A stretch of DNA of 64,000 nt. It comes from an uncultured Planctomycetaceae bacterium. GTDB lineage: Bacteria; Planctomycetota; Planctomycetia; Planctomycetales; Planctomycetaceae. Position numbers and translations under genes: made by a program. Where the stretch lies: NCBI GenBank assembly GCA_963976765.1, contig CAXBME010000008.1, forward strand, positions 124,001 to 188,000, given 5' to 3'. This document shows positions 40,407-51,046 of the stretch, one piece after another (positions within the stretch are counted from its first letter, which is position 1; each line of letters begins with the position of its first letter). The notes under the pieces were generated by a model. That model searched no databases, had not been told where the DNA came from, and saw only the letters and a list, made by a program, of their open reading frames with translations.

Positions 40407-41327
40407 ATGAAACGTGCAATGACGATTCTGCTTGCTCTCACATTCGTGGCTGGACTCGTAGCGTCTGCATCAGCTGATGAGAAAGCTGATGACGGCAAGC
40501 TGCGCATCATCGCTTTCGGGGCTCACCCCGACGATGCTGAATTTCAGATGGGTGGTTCGGCCATTAGATGGGCGAAGCTTGGTCATCACGTCAAGCTTGT
40601 TTCGGTCACCAATGGAGACATCGGACACTGGAATATGGCAGGTGGTCCGCTGGCGATCCGCCGGACGAAGGAAGTTCAGGAAGCCGCTCGCCGGATGGGC
40701 ACGACCGTCGAAGTGCTCGATATACACGACGGCGAGCTGATGCCGACTCTGGAGAATCGCCGCACGATTGCCCGTCTCATCCGCGAGTGGAACGCAGATC
40801 TGGTTCTTGCTCACCGCCCGAACGATTACCACCCTGACCATCGCTACACAGGGATCCTGGTGCAGGATGCGGCCTTCATGGTGGCTGTTCCGTTCTTCGT
40901 TCCGGACACAAAGCCTCTGACAAAGAACCCCGTCTTCATGTACTACCCCGATCGTTTTCAGAAGCCTTACCCCTTCGAAGCGGATATTGCGATTTCGCTG
41001 GATGATGTCTTCGATGAAAAGGTCAACGCGGTCGATGCACTGGTCTCACAAGTCTACGAAGGCGGAGCCCTTGGCTCGGAAGAAACTCTCATCGCACGAA
41101 AGGCCGCTGATCCAGTGGCCAGAAAAGAAATCCTTCGCGAATCGTGGAGTCGACGGAACGGACGCATCGCGGATCTTTACCGGGATACGCTGATTGAGTG
41201 GTACGGTCAGGAAGCCGGCAAAGCAGTTAAACACGCTGAGGCTTATCAGGTCTGCGAGTACGGTCGTCAGCCGTCGAAGGCAGAATTGAAGAAGCTGTTT
41301 CCGTTCTTCGGAAACTCAACAGAGTGA
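40407..41327 (+). CDS. exported PIG-L/LmbE family deacetylase
   Basis: GAHPDDAE, TNGDIG and DYHPDH; signal peptide ending ASA. Confidence 0.92.
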   Translation: MKRAMTILLALTFVAGLVASASADEKADDGKLRIIAFGAHPDDAEFQMGGSAIRWAKLGHHVKLVSVTNGDIGHWNMAGGPLAIRRTKEVQEAARRMGTTVEVLDIHDGELMPTLENRRTIARLIREWNADLVLAHRPNDYHPDHRYTGILVQDAAFMVAVPFFVPDTKPLTKNPVFMYYPDRFQKPYPFEADIAISLDDVFDEKVNAVDALVSQVYEGGALGSEETLIARKAADPVARKEILRESWSRRNGRIADLYRDTLIEWYGQEAGKAVKHAEAYQVCEYGRQPSKAELKKLFPFFGNSTE

Positions 41328-41347
41328 CGTGCCAGTCTGCGACAAGT

Positions 41348-42340
41348 TCACGCCGCTCCGGACAGCCGGACCAGCAGCAGTTCGATCTGGCTGCGTTCGG
41401 GCATGCGGCTGCCGCCTTTCATTCCGGTTTCGGCCTCCAGTAACCAGGAAGCGATCTTCGCGGCTTTCGGGCGACCGATCCGTTTCAGGTAACGGGTAGC
41501 GGGTTCGTACTCATTGGGGAAGGCACCGGCTTGTTTCAGAGCCGCATTCAGTTGAACGCCGGTGCGTGACAGTTCGGTCGCGACGGACATTTTCCGAAAG
41601 ACGTAGGCAACTCCCCCGAGAATGCGGTGCGGCGATTCGCCACTGTTGAGCAGCTTGTCCAGAGCGGTGATGGCATCGCTCAGTCGTCCATCGCGGATGG
41701 CGTCGGTCATCACCCAGGTCGTTTCGGCCTTCCAGCCGCCAACCAGTCGTCGGACGGCTTCGGCATCGATTGATGGCAGGTCACCGACGTACGACGCCAG
41801 TTTCGCCAGTTCCTGGTCAAGCTGTCCGAGTGCGGAGCCGGCGAGTTCGATCAGCAGTTGAACGGCGTTGCGGTCGATTGTTTTCGCGTAAGTTCGCTGA
41901 GCGGCATCCTGCACCCATTTGGCCAGAGCGGCACCTTTCAACTCGGAGCATTCCGCGACGAGCCCGCTCCTGCTCACGATCTTGTAAAGACGAGTATTCT
42001 TAGCGAGCGTTTTCACATCCAGAATCAGGACAGACTTTTTGCCGGGTTTCTCGGCGTACTTTTCGAGTGCGGACCGGTTTGCTGTCACAAAATCAGACGC
42101 ATCGTCGATCATGACGATTCGCCGATCGCCCCACATCGAGACCGTCAAGAGCTCGTCACGGACCGTTTTCATGTCGACGTCTTTGCCGGTGTAGCGAGTC
42201 GGTGCGTCGTCCTCGTTCGGCAGCGCGACGCTCAGCAGGGCGTTGACGACGTCGGTTTTCAATGATCGTTCGTCGCCAACCAGCACGATGACGGATGGGA
42301 GGGCTTCCGGGATGGATTTGAGCAACTCGGTGGCGTGCAT
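41348..42340 (-). CDS. holA: DNA polymerase III delta subunit
   Basis: VLVGDE, ELLTVSMWGDRRIV, LDQELAKLASY and LLEAETGMKG; typical length and layout. Confidence 0.88.
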   Translation of the reverse strand: MHATELLKSIPEALPSVIVLVGDERSLKTDVVNALLSVALPNEDDAPTRYTGKDVDMKTVRDELLTVSMWGDRRIVMIDDASDFVTANRSALEKYAEKPGKKSVLILDVKTLAKNTRLYKIVSRSGLVAECSELKGAALAKWVQDAAQRTYAKTIDRNAVQLLIELAGSALGQLDQELAKLASYVGDLPSIDAEAVRRLVGGWKAETTWVMTDAIRDGRLSDAITALDKLLNSGESPHRILGGVAYVFRKMSVATELSRTGVQLNAALKQAGAFPNEYEPATRYLKRIGRPKAAKIASWLLEAETGMKGGSRMPERSQIELLLVRLSGAA

Positions 42341-42507
42341 GGTTCGTCAAGGTTTCGGGCCGAAACGGCCTTTGTGGTGAATCGAGATTGACCGAACGAT
42401 CGGAATTCCGGGAAGATTCGCCGTTCGGTCGCGGTGGCTCCTGAAGGGGAATGGTCTCAACGACCGGCACGCGAATCAACCAGTCACACGGCCAGAAAGC
42501 GAGCGGC

Positions 42508-43983
42508 ATGGACGCCGACGACCAAATCTATTCGATCGATTCACTGGACGCACCGGATCCAGATGTCGAGTCGAAAACGGACAGCCGATCGCCGACTCCG
42601 GAAGAGTGCGTGAGCGGTGTCGAGCCTGACAAGTCTGCCAGCGTGCTGACCGGACCAATTGTGTCGTTGCCTACCGTGACGGAGTATCGATGCCCCGGCG
42701 AGGAACATTCGATTTCGCGGGCGATCCATCTGTCGCGACTGGCGGCGTTTTACCCGGCGTGTCGGCAATGTCAGCATCGGCACGACACCGGGCAGCTCAA
42801 TCCTGAAACGGTCGAAAGAATTTACCAGACCGAAGTTCGCAGTCGTCAGCGTCCTCTGTTCCGGCGCGATGGCGTGCGAGGTGTTTTTCTCAACGATCTG
42901 ACGCCAGCCATTGCCGGAAAGATTGCGGCGGCGTTTGCCAGTTTACTCTGGCAGGACGTGCCGCTGACTGGCCGACAGGATGCGGTGTCAGGAGTTGGCC
43001 GAACGCGGCCCCGTCAGCCATCGCGGCGCGGCCCGTCGATCGTGGTTGGCTATGACGAGCGACCGTCGTCTCCGGCAGTCCTGTCGGCGGTCATCGACGC
43101 GTTGCGAATGATGGGCTGTCCGGTGACGGACGTCGGTCTTGCGTCGCGTCCATGCTTTGCGTTTGCGGTCGATCATCTGCAGGTTGCTGGTGGAATATTT
43201 GTCAGTGGCGCGGGGCATGATGCTTCGTGGGCGGGGATGGATCTCTATCGCGAAGGTGCCTTGCCGCTGTCGCTTGGCGAAGGATTGGAAAACGTTCAGC
43301 AGAGGTACGAATCCAGGGTGACCAGGCCAACTCGAAGCGCCGCCTTTCAGCGAGCGTTTCAGGCAACGATTCCGTATGAAGCCGGACTGTGGAAACATTT
43401 TCATGCGTTACGTCCATTGCGGATTGTCTGCGCGGTTCGGCCTCGTCCCATGAGAAAGACGCTTCGCAAACTGTTCGCCAGACTGCCATGCGAACTCTCC
43501 GAAGTTGAAACGACAGCCGCAGTCAACGCACCGCTGAAGCACGACTCGCTGATGGAGCGGATCGTCAGCCGCGTGAATAAACGCAACGCACACCTGGGAA
43601 TTCTGATCGACGACGATGGCGCTCGATGTTGGTTTGTGGACGAGCGAGGGCAACACGTTAATCCGGTCGGGCTGACGGCGATGCTGGCCCGGCAAAGCCG
43701 TATCGATCACCCCAACGCCTCTGTTGTGGCCGAGTCGGCGGCTGTGGAAAGTGTCCAGTCGCTGATCACGCCGAATGAATTGCTTGACGGTGGAGCGTCT
43801 GCTGGTTCGATCAGTCGGACGATGCGCGAGTCCAACGCGTCATTTGCCGGAGGGCTGTCCAACCTCTACTGGTTCCGTGAATCGTTCCCCGCGTGCGATG
43901 CCATCCTGACGCTGGCCCACGTTCTGCAGGGGCTCAGCCGCAGTGACGAACCGTTTTCGAAAGCGGTTTCGTTCGGTCGTTGA
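42508..43983 (+). CDS. phosphohexomutase (PMM/PGM)-like protein with degenerate active site and N-terminal Cys/His motif
   Basis: FRRDGVRG, VVGYDERPSS, DVGLASRP, LGILIDDDGARCWFVDERG and CDAIL; the TASHNP motif is absent. Start may be 42451. Confidence 0.75.
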   Translation: MDADDQIYSIDSLDAPDPDVESKTDSRSPTPEECVSGVEPDKSASVLTGPIVSLPTVTEYRCPGEEHSISRAIHLSRLAAFYPACRQCQHRHDTGQLNPETVERIYQTEVRSRQRPLFRRDGVRGVFLNDLTPAIAGKIAAAFASLLWQDVPLTGRQDAVSGVGRTRPRQPSRRGPSIVVGYDERPSSPAVLSAVIDALRMMGCPVTDVGLASRPCFAFAVDHLQVAGGIFVSGAGHDASWAGMDLYREGALPLSLGEGLENVQQRYESRVTRPTRSAAFQRAFQATIPYEAGLWKHFHALRPLRIVCAVRPRPMRKTLRKLFARLPCELSEVETTAAVNAPLKHDSLMERIVSRVNKRNAHLGILIDDDGARCWFVDERGQHVNPVGLTAMLARQSRIDHPNASVVAESAAVESVQSLITPNELLDGGASAGSISRTMRESNASFAGGLSNLYWFRESFPACDAILTLAHVLQGLSRSDEPFSKAVSFGR

Positions 43984-44104
43984 ATTCTCGCTGCGTTCAT
44001 CGTTTCTGAGGTCTGCATGGAGTAGGCTGGCGTTTGTTCCAGCCTGTGGAAAATGCTGATTCGACGAACGCGACTTCGCCAGGATTCAACAGGACGGGCG
44101 CACG

Positions 44105-45808
44105 ATGGATGAGACGACAGAACCACCTGCCGATGAAGAAGCTGGCGAGAATGCCGAATCACCCGCTCGTCAGAGGCTTCGAGCAACTCGTGATCGGATT
44201 CTCCACGAACTGCGGGAACACTACGACGAGTCGCCGGTTCGGTGGCGCGAGATCGTCTCGCTGTTTCTAATCATTGTTCTGTGCGATGTGACGGTTTATC
44301 GAGGATCAGGTTTCGCAGGCGATGCCGTTCTGGTTGCCGGAATGTCGTTGCTGCTGGCCGTCGGTGTTCCGTCGAAGCGGCCTCAGGTGGCGACATGGGT
44401 GTTTGCCGTTCTGGTTGCCGGTGCTTCGACGCGACTGGTCTGGTGCGGTTCCGGGCTCAGCGTGGCTGCCGGACTGGTTGTCATGTTTGGCTTTGCGATG
44501 AGCCTCGTTGGCCGAACTCCCTACATGATTCACATTGCCGTGTTTGCGACTCAAACATTTGCCGCCGGCCATCGAGGTTTGAATCACTACTGGAATGCCG
44601 CAGCTCGGATCAGGCCACCGGCCCGCGTGCAGAATCTTTTCACGTGGATTCTTCCAGTCATCGCGCTGCTGGTTTTCGGAGCGTTGTTTGTCTTTGCCAA
44701 TCCCGATCTTGCGAGCGCTGTCGGCGCCAGATTTTCCGACCTGTTCGACGTTCTTGGAAAGTGGTGGCAGGATTTTTCACCGGCACCGTTCGAGGTTCTC
44801 TTCTGCATCGGGGCAGGGTGGATCGCGATTGGCCTGCTGCGCCCGATATTGCCGACTTCGTCAGACACCGACGATCCCAGACCTGCCTCGGAGCCGATCG
44901 AAGTCTCCGTCGAACCCACTCCGGCTCCACTCTTTGAAGCGTTTCGAAACACGCTGTTCATGGTTGTCGGATTGTTTGCCGGCTACTTGGTTTTCGAATT
45001 TCAGACGTTGTGGTTTCGTGAGTTCCCCAAAGGATTTCATTACTCCGGCTACGCTCACGAAGGCGCCGCCTGGCTGACGGTGGCACTGGCTCTGGCAACG
45101 GCGATGTTGTCACTGATGTTTCGCGGGAGCGTCTTGAACGATCCCAGATTTTCGACGTTGAGAAAACTCAGTTGGCTCTGGTCAATCGAGAACGTTGTGC
45201 TGGCCCTGGCGGTCTACAACCGGTTGTCGATCTACGTGAATTTCAACGGGATGACTCGAATGCGGACGGTCGGACTGCTGGGAATGACGTCGGTGCTTGT
45301 CGGTTTTCTTCTGGTCGTTAGAAAGATTTCGAAGGGCCACGACTTCCGCTGGCTCGTCCGTCGACAACTCTGGACCGTTGCCTTCGCCGTGTACCTCTAC
45401 GCCGTGTTGCCGGTTGATGCCTGGGTGATGCATCACAACGTGCAGCGAGTTCTGGCCGGAGACCTGTCACCCGCCGTGCAGATCAGCGTTCACCCGACAA
45501 GTGCCGAGGGCGTTCTGGAAATGTTCCCGCTGACCAAGTGCGACGACGAAGCTATCCGCGAAGGCGTCAAAGCAACGCTTGTCCGATATTTTCAACGTTC
45601 AAAACACTACCGCGACTGGTCGCGCAGCTTGTCGAAACCAATAACCCGGAATCCTGAACCTCCAGACTGGACAGCCATGCAGTTTGCGGACGACTGGCTA
45701 CTCGATGAGTTGTCCGAAGCCTGCAAAGCCTGGCCCGAGTATGACGACCAGGAAAAAATGGACGCCGCCATCACCCGTTTCCGCGAGCACACCTGGCAAT
45801 GGTACTGA
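44105..45808 (+). CDS. DUF4153/DUF4173-type multi-pass membrane protein
   Basis: FGALFVFANP, YSGYAHEG and RLSIYVNFNGMTRMR; many TM segments. Confidence 0.8.
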   Translation: MDETTEPPADEEAGENAESPARQRLRATRDRILHELREHYDESPVRWREIVSLFLIIVLCDVTVYRGSGFAGDAVLVAGMSLLLAVGVPSKRPQVATWVFAVLVAGASTRLVWCGSGLSVAAGLVVMFGFAMSLVGRTPYMIHIAVFATQTFAAGHRGLNHYWNAAARIRPPARVQNLFTWILPVIALLVFGALFVFANPDLASAVGARFSDLFDVLGKWWQDFSPAPFEVLFCIGAGWIAIGLLRPILPTSSDTDDPRPASEPIEVSVEPTPAPLFEAFRNTLFMVVGLFAGYLVFEFQTLWFREFPKGFHYSGYAHEGAAWLTVALALATAMLSLMFRGSVLNDPRFSTLRKLSWLWSIENVVLALAVYNRLSIYVNFNGMTRMRTVGLLGMTSVLVGFLLVVRKISKGHDFRWLVRRQLWTVAFAVYLYAVLPVDAWVMHHNVQRVLAGDLSPAVQISVHPTSAEGVLEMFPLTKCDDEAIREGVKATLVRYFQRSKHYRDWSRSLSKPITRNPEPPDWTAMQFADDWLLDELSEACKAWPEYDDQEKMDAAITRFREHTWQWY

Positions 45809-45846
45809 GAGCGAACTCACGACTTCGGGAATCGAGCGAGTGGTGG

Positions 45847-47376
45847 TCACTCAGCAGCGCCAAGGCAGATCAGTTCTTTTAGAGTTCTGGCATAAAGGCG
45901 ACCGTCCGAGAACGAGAGGCTCGACAATGACCAGGTTTCGCCAGCGGGGCCGAGGTCGCTGATGGAGAGCAGGGCGTTTTCGTCGAGGGTTTCGGCGTTC
46001 CATTTCAAAACGTATACCATGCCGAGCATTGTTGGCATGTAGATGTTTTCTCCGACGACGATCGGGCTGGCTGCGGAGACGTGTCCCCAGCCGCTGCCGG
46101 CGTTTCGCTTGTCCTGGGTGGCGACAAAACCGTTTGCGTTTTTCATATCATTCTTCAGCGGGTCAGTCCAGCGGACTTCGTCGTCGAACCCGGCGCGGCG
46201 AACCACCTGAACCGGAACTTCCAGGTACTCGACCTTGCCAGTCAGGATGTTGACTCGACCGATCAGAAACTCGTCGTGAGCACGGAAGTAGTGATAGTTT
46301 CCGACCAGGCAGTTGGCCTGTTTCGTGAGAGGATGTCTTGCTTTCGTTAGATTTTGCTGCGTTTCTGTCTTGTAGCCAGCGTTGGTATGCCGACGGATGG
46401 TGACTCCCTCGGCAATTGATGTCCGATTTCGAATTTCTCCTGTTCTGACATCGACCGTCAGGTGATCCCGTCCGGCGAACAGGCAGGCCACATCCTTGTT
46501 CCAGCTCGCGCACTGGTGAGCGGCGTAACCTTTGATCGGCAGCTCCCAGACGGTATTTCCATTTTCCGCATCGATTAATGAGATGCCGAACGGTTCTTCC
46601 GGAGGCTGATGCCCGCCGCCTCGACCGGTCAGGATCGCGTACTTGCCATCGACAGTTTTTCCGATCAGCGATGTGGAGTGGCACGACGTTCCAGCTTCGG
46701 CGATCCAGTTTCGCTGGCCGGTCTTCAGATCAAAGGCCTGCAACCGGGTCCAGAACTCAGTGCCTCGACCGAGCGGCGCGGCACCGGCTTTTGTCGTGAC
46801 TTCAGGTGTCAGGTCTTCACGGGGTACCTGCACCAGAATGGCGTGTCCCTGGTGCAGAATCGGCTCGTGTTGCCGAGCGTGGTGGCGTCCGAACGGGCCC
46901 CACTGAAAGTTCCATTGTTCGGTGCCTTCAAAATCAAAGCACTTCAACATGCCACCGACATTTGAAAACAAGACCCGCTGCCCATCGGCGACCGGTGAGG
47001 CAGCGGTGTTGTCGCTGAACAGGCTGGATAAATCGGTGACTCGGGTGCCTGGGATTTCCCGTCGCCAGAGTTCCTTACCGGACTTCGCGTCAATGCACAG
47101 TCCCAGAATGAGCGACCCCATCTCGGTGTCCTGAGTGATCGGCTCGTGGCTGGTCACGAAGACTCGACCGTTGGAAACGATTGGCGTTCCCTGGCCAGTG
47201 TTCGGAAGCGGCGATCGCCAGATGACGTTCTGATTCGTTGCCACGCTGAAACTGTCAACGGCCTTTCCGTCGATGACGAAGTTGCCATTCGGGCCGGCAG
47301 CCTGTTGCCAGTCGGCGGCAAAAAGGCTCGATGCTGCGAAGACAATTGTCAAGACGGCAGTAATTGATGATCGCAT
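45847..47376 (-). CDS. exported PQQ-like (BamB-type) beta-propeller protein
   Basis: Signal peptide then ADWQQAAGP, NVIWRSPLP..GQGTPIV, GKELWRR and DGRLYART. Confidence 0.85.
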   Translation of the reverse strand: MRSSITAVLTIVFAASSLFAADWQQAAGPNGNFVIDGKAVDSFSVATNQNVIWRSPLPNTGQGTPIVSNGRVFVTSHEPITQDTEMGSLILGLCIDAKSGKELWRREIPGTRVTDLSSLFSDNTAASPVADGQRVLFSNVGGMLKCFDFEGTEQWNFQWGPFGRHHARQHEPILHQGHAILVQVPREDLTPEVTTKAGAAPLGRGTEFWTRLQAFDLKTGQRNWIAEAGTSCHSTSLIGKTVDGKYAILTGRGGGHQPPEEPFGISLIDAENGNTVWELPIKGYAAHQCASWNKDVACLFAGRDHLTVDVRTGEIRNRTSIAEGVTIRRHTNAGYKTETQQNLTKARHPLTKQANCLVGNYHYFRAHDEFLIGRVNILTGKVEYLEVPVQVVRRAGFDDEVRWTDPLKNDMKNANGFVATQDKRNAGSGWGHVSAASPIVVGENIYMPTMLGMVYVLKWNAETLDENALLSISDLGPAGETWSLSSLSFSDGRLYARTLKELICLGAAE

Positions 47377-47613
47377 TCTGATTTCGTCCATAGTTGAAGA
47401 GCTTCGATGTGTCGCTCGGGTTTCTTTCACACGTCGATTTGTAACAAGTGGTTGGGAGGGCTCGCGAGGATGTCCAACCTCGAACTGTGAAGCAAACGCG
47501 ATCCTGCAAGGCTGCCGTATTCAATTTTCACACCCATTGGTACGTTGTTTGTCGATAAGAACGTGAGGATGAGGATCAGCGGGCACCGCTCACGAAGTAT
47601 TCAGGATTCAGAC

Positions 47614-49002
47614 ATGAACAACTTCTGCGACTCAAGCATTCACGCGGGCCAGCATTCAACGAGTTCAATACAGAATTCGTTTGGTCTGCCCCGGAACGAC
47701 CTCATTCGAGTGGGCTCACGACGCTGGTTTCTGCAGACCGGTCTGGGCGGGATGGGTGGGCTGTCACTCCCCGGCCTGCTCAACGCTGCTGACGCTGGCG
47801 TTGCAGAAAAACCGAAGAAGTCCGTGATCCTGTTCTGGCTGTCTGGTGGTCCAAGTCAGATTGATATGTGGGATCCAAAACCGAACGCTCCTCAGGAAAT
47901 ACGCAGTCCGTTTTCGACAATCGCGACCGCCGTGCCGGGTGTAAACTTTACCGAGCATCTTCCGTTACAGGCTTCGATTGCTGACCGCATTTCGGTGATT
48001 CGTTCCGTCGATTGTACAGCCAGCAACCATACTCCGATCACGATGCAGGCCGGTAATCCGTTGGCGCGTCGAACTAATGACGGGAAAGACGGCGCGGGCT
48101 ATCCATCGATGGGGTCGATCGCGGCGAAGTTTCGCGGAGCCAACGATCCTGATCTACCTGCCTTTGTTGGTCTCGCCAATTCATGGGCTGCCGATGTGTA
48201 CGGAGCCGGCCACATGGGGGCCGATTTCGAACCGGTGAAAGGGCTTGAGCTGACCGGGAAATTCGCCATGCCAGCGGGTGTCTCGGCGCCCAGGTTACAG
48301 GACCGGGACACGCTGAGGATGCAGTTCGATGCTCTGCGGAAGAACGTCGATCAGCACGGCACGCTGGGAGCGTTTGATCGTTCGACACAGAAGGCGTACG
48401 AGATGGTCGTTTCCGGCAAGGTCCAGAAAGCGTTCGACCTGCAGAGCGAAACAGACGCCACTCGCAACCTGTACGGTCGGGAAAGCGTCGGTGAGAAAGC
48501 GTTGCTCGCGCGACGGCTGGTTGAATCCGGAGTCACGTTCGTACTGGTCAGCGGAGCGTGGGGCTACTTCGACCACCACGGCGACAGCGTTCGCTGGGGC
48601 GGCATCGAGAAAGGGCTCAAGCCGCTTATTCCACGAGTCGATCGCGCGTTCTACGGTCTCGTTACTGACCTCGAACAACGCGGACTGCTGGATCAGACTC
48701 TCGTTTTGATGATGGGTGAGTTTGGTCGATCGCCGGTCATCAACAAAGACGCCGGGCGGGACCATTGGACCAACGTCATGTCGATGGTCGTTGCCGGCGG
48801 CGGGCTGCGGCACGGTCAGGCGATTGGCAGCACGGATCGCCGTGGTGGAGCTGTTGCCAGTTCCGTCGTTCGACCTCAGGATCTTGCAGCGACGACGTTC
48901 CAGCACCTCGGCATCGATCTGAATTCGCACTGGGTGAATCATCGAGGCCGACCGATGCCGATCATCCAGGAAGGCGGTCGACCGATTCCGGAACTTGGTT
49001 GA
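47614..49002 (+). CDS. DUF1501 family protein
   Basis: SRRWFL, SVILFWLSGGPSQIDMWDPKP, LLARRLVESGV, MGEFGRSP and GRDHW. Confidence 0.93.
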   Translation: MNNFCDSSIHAGQHSTSSIQNSFGLPRNDLIRVGSRRWFLQTGLGGMGGLSLPGLLNAADAGVAEKPKKSVILFWLSGGPSQIDMWDPKPNAPQEIRSPFSTIATAVPGVNFTEHLPLQASIADRISVIRSVDCTASNHTPITMQAGNPLARRTNDGKDGAGYPSMGSIAAKFRGANDPDLPAFVGLANSWAADVYGAGHMGADFEPVKGLELTGKFAMPAGVSAPRLQDRDTLRMQFDALRKNVDQHGTLGAFDRSTQKAYEMVVSGKVQKAFDLQSETDATRNLYGRESVGEKALLARRLVESGVTFVLVSGAWGYFDHHGDSVRWGGIEKGLKPLIPRVDRAFYGLVTDLEQRGLLDQTLVLMMGEFGRSPVINKDAGRDHWTNVMSMVVAGGGLRHGQAIGSTDRRGGAVASSVVRPQDLAATTFQHLGIDLNSHWVNHRGRPMPIIQEGGRPIPELG

Positions 49003-49019
49003 CCTTCACTTGTGGCGGA

Positions 49020-50792
49020 TCAATACCCGACTGCTGCGCCATCTTTGCGAGCTTCGGTGGCGCCGTGGAGTGTTCCATTTTTCCAGTCGATGAGGATTCC
49101 CTGGTAGCCGCCAAAGGATCCGGGAGCTTCTCGGAGGATATGGCCTCGTCGTTGGAGTTCGGCTCTGACTTCGGTCGTCACTCCGGATTCGATTCCGACT
49201 TCGCCGCCGCTTTCCCACATCGCTGTTCCCGTCGGAGTTTGCGAACCAACGTGGTTGATTCGTGAGGCGTCGCCAGCGGCCTGCACGTTCATGTCAAAGT
49301 CGATCATGTTCATCAGAACCTGAACGTGACCTTGCGGCTGCATATCGCCGCCCATCACGCCGAAGCAGAAATACGGCTTTCCGTCCTTCGTCACAAAAGC
49401 CGGAATGATCGTGTGGAACGGTCGCTTATGCGGCTCCAGTGTGTTGAGGTGGTCAGGATCGAGGCTGAACAGTTGCCCGCGGTTCTGCATGACGAAGCCG
49501 ACATCACCAGGCACAACCTGCGAGCCGAAGCCATGATAGTTGCTCTGAATGAACGAGCAGCAGTTGCGATCTTTATCGACAACCGTCAGGTAAATTGTGT
49601 CACCCTTGCTGAGGATCGGGTCTCCGGCATCGACGTCCGTTGCAGCTTTCTGCATGTCGATGCGTGCTCGCTGGTGATCGCCGTACTCTTTCGAAATCAG
49701 CTCGGTGGTGGGCAGTTGGTTGAAGTCGGGATCGGCGTAGAACTTTGCTCGGTCGGCAAAAGCCAGCTTCTTCGTTTCGACAAAGAGGTGAATCAGGTCC
49801 GCCGAATTGTGTCCCATTCCGCGAACATCAAACCCTTCGATCACGTTCAGCATTTCCAAAGCGGCGATGCCCTGGCCGTTCGGTGGCAGTTCCCACACGT
49901 CGTAGCCTCGGTAGTTCGTCGAAACGGGATCAACCCACTGCGACGTGTGATCTGCGAAATCTTTCATCGAGAAGTAACCACCGTGAACGTTGCTGAAGTC
50001 GACAATCTGCCTGGCGATCCTGCCCTTGTAGAACGCGTCCCGACCGCCTTTGGCGATTGCTCGATAGCTGTTCGCGAGGTACGGGTTTCTGAAGAGATCT
50101 CCTTCGCGTGGTGCTTTGCCGCCTTTCAGGTACGTCTTCGCCGAGTCTGATCTTTCCGCAGTCGGCCAGTTGTGGAATCGATCCTCACCGCTCTTCCAGT
50201 AGCCGGCGATGATTTCCGTGACCGGGAAGCCGAACTCGGCATAGTCGATTGAAGGTTGCAGAAGTTTGTCGAACGGCAGCGTCCCGAATTTGCTCCGCAG
50301 TTCTTCCCAGCCGTCGACGCAGCCGGGTACCGACCAGGAAAGCAATCCATGGAGTGGGATTTCCGTGAGGCCCTGTTCTTTGAAAGCTTGCCGGCTTAGC
50401 GAGTACGGGCTGCGGCCGCTGGCGTTCAGTCCATGCAGCGTTTCGGTCTTCGCGTCCCAATAGATAACGAAGAGGTCGCCACCGATTCCGCAGCTCATCG
50501 GCTCGACCAGTCCCATCATCGCGCTGGTGGCGATGGCGGCGTCGGCTGCGTTTCCGCCAGCCTTCAGAATGTCCAGCCCGACCTGAGCGGCCAGCGGGTG
50601 GCTGGTTGCGACCATGCCGTTTGTCGAAATCACGACGGACCGACTTTGTCCTGGATCGCCGACCGGTCGGTCAAATCCGGCTGCCTGGGCTGTCTGCTCA
50701 CAAACGGGAGCCGCCATTGGGTCAGTCATTAGAAGTCCTGAGAAAAGGAAGGCAGGGATCAACCGACAGCGTAACAGGCAAATTATCCGCAT
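49020..50792 (-). CDS. ggt: gamma-glutamyltransferase
   Basis: GMVATSHPLA, GGNAADAA, GIGGD, autoprocessing site GD-TIYL, KRPFHTIIP and GVMGGDMQPQG. Confidence 0.95.
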   Translation of the reverse strand: MRIICLLRCRLIPAFLFSGLLMTDPMAAPVCEQTAQAAGFDRPVGDPGQSRSVVISTNGMVATSHPLAAQVGLDILKAGGNAADAAIATSAMMGLVEPMSCGIGGDLFVIYWDAKTETLHGLNASGRSPYSLSRQAFKEQGLTEIPLHGLLSWSVPGCVDGWEELRSKFGTLPFDKLLQPSIDYAEFGFPVTEIIAGYWKSGEDRFHNWPTAERSDSAKTYLKGGKAPREGDLFRNPYLANSYRAIAKGGRDAFYKGRIARQIVDFSNVHGGYFSMKDFADHTSQWVDPVSTNYRGYDVWELPPNGQGIAALEMLNVIEGFDVRGMGHNSADLIHLFVETKKLAFADRAKFYADPDFNQLPTTELISKEYGDHQRARIDMQKAATDVDAGDPILSKGDTIYLTVVDKDRNCCSFIQSNYHGFGSQVVPGDVGFVMQNRGQLFSLDPDHLNTLEPHKRPFHTIIPAFVTKDGKPYFCFGVMGGDMQPQGHVQVLMNMIDFDMNVQAAGDASRINHVGSQTPTGTAMWESGGEVGIESGVTTEVRAELQRRGHILREAPGSFGGYQGILIDWKNGTLHGATEARKDGAAVGY

Positions 50793-50993
50793 GGCATACG
50801 TTCCGTCCGTTGGTATGTCTGGAGACGATGTGCTGAGGCGACGGCTCCGCTTCTGTGAGTTGAAACAGTGTAAGTGTCCCGCGAACTGGTTTTCCTGACA
50901 AGCAGCAGGTGGCGAGACCGGGAGCCTGATTCGTCTGGCGTGTCGGCGTCTGCAATGGTCGGGTTTCTGGACAGGATGTTTTCGAAATCAGTG

Positions 50994-51032
50994 TTGACTT
51001 GAGTTAGTAGTGTATTACAGTCGTACGACACT
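50994..51032 (+). promoter_or_regulatory. sigma70 promoter overlapped by a YtrA-type operator
   Basis: TTGACT (50994-99), 16 nt, TACAGT (51016-21); imperfect palindrome AGTGT-AT-TAC-AGTC-GTA-CG-ACACT (51009-51032). Confidence 0.7.
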
Positions 51033-51046
51033 CGTTTGGAAATGGA

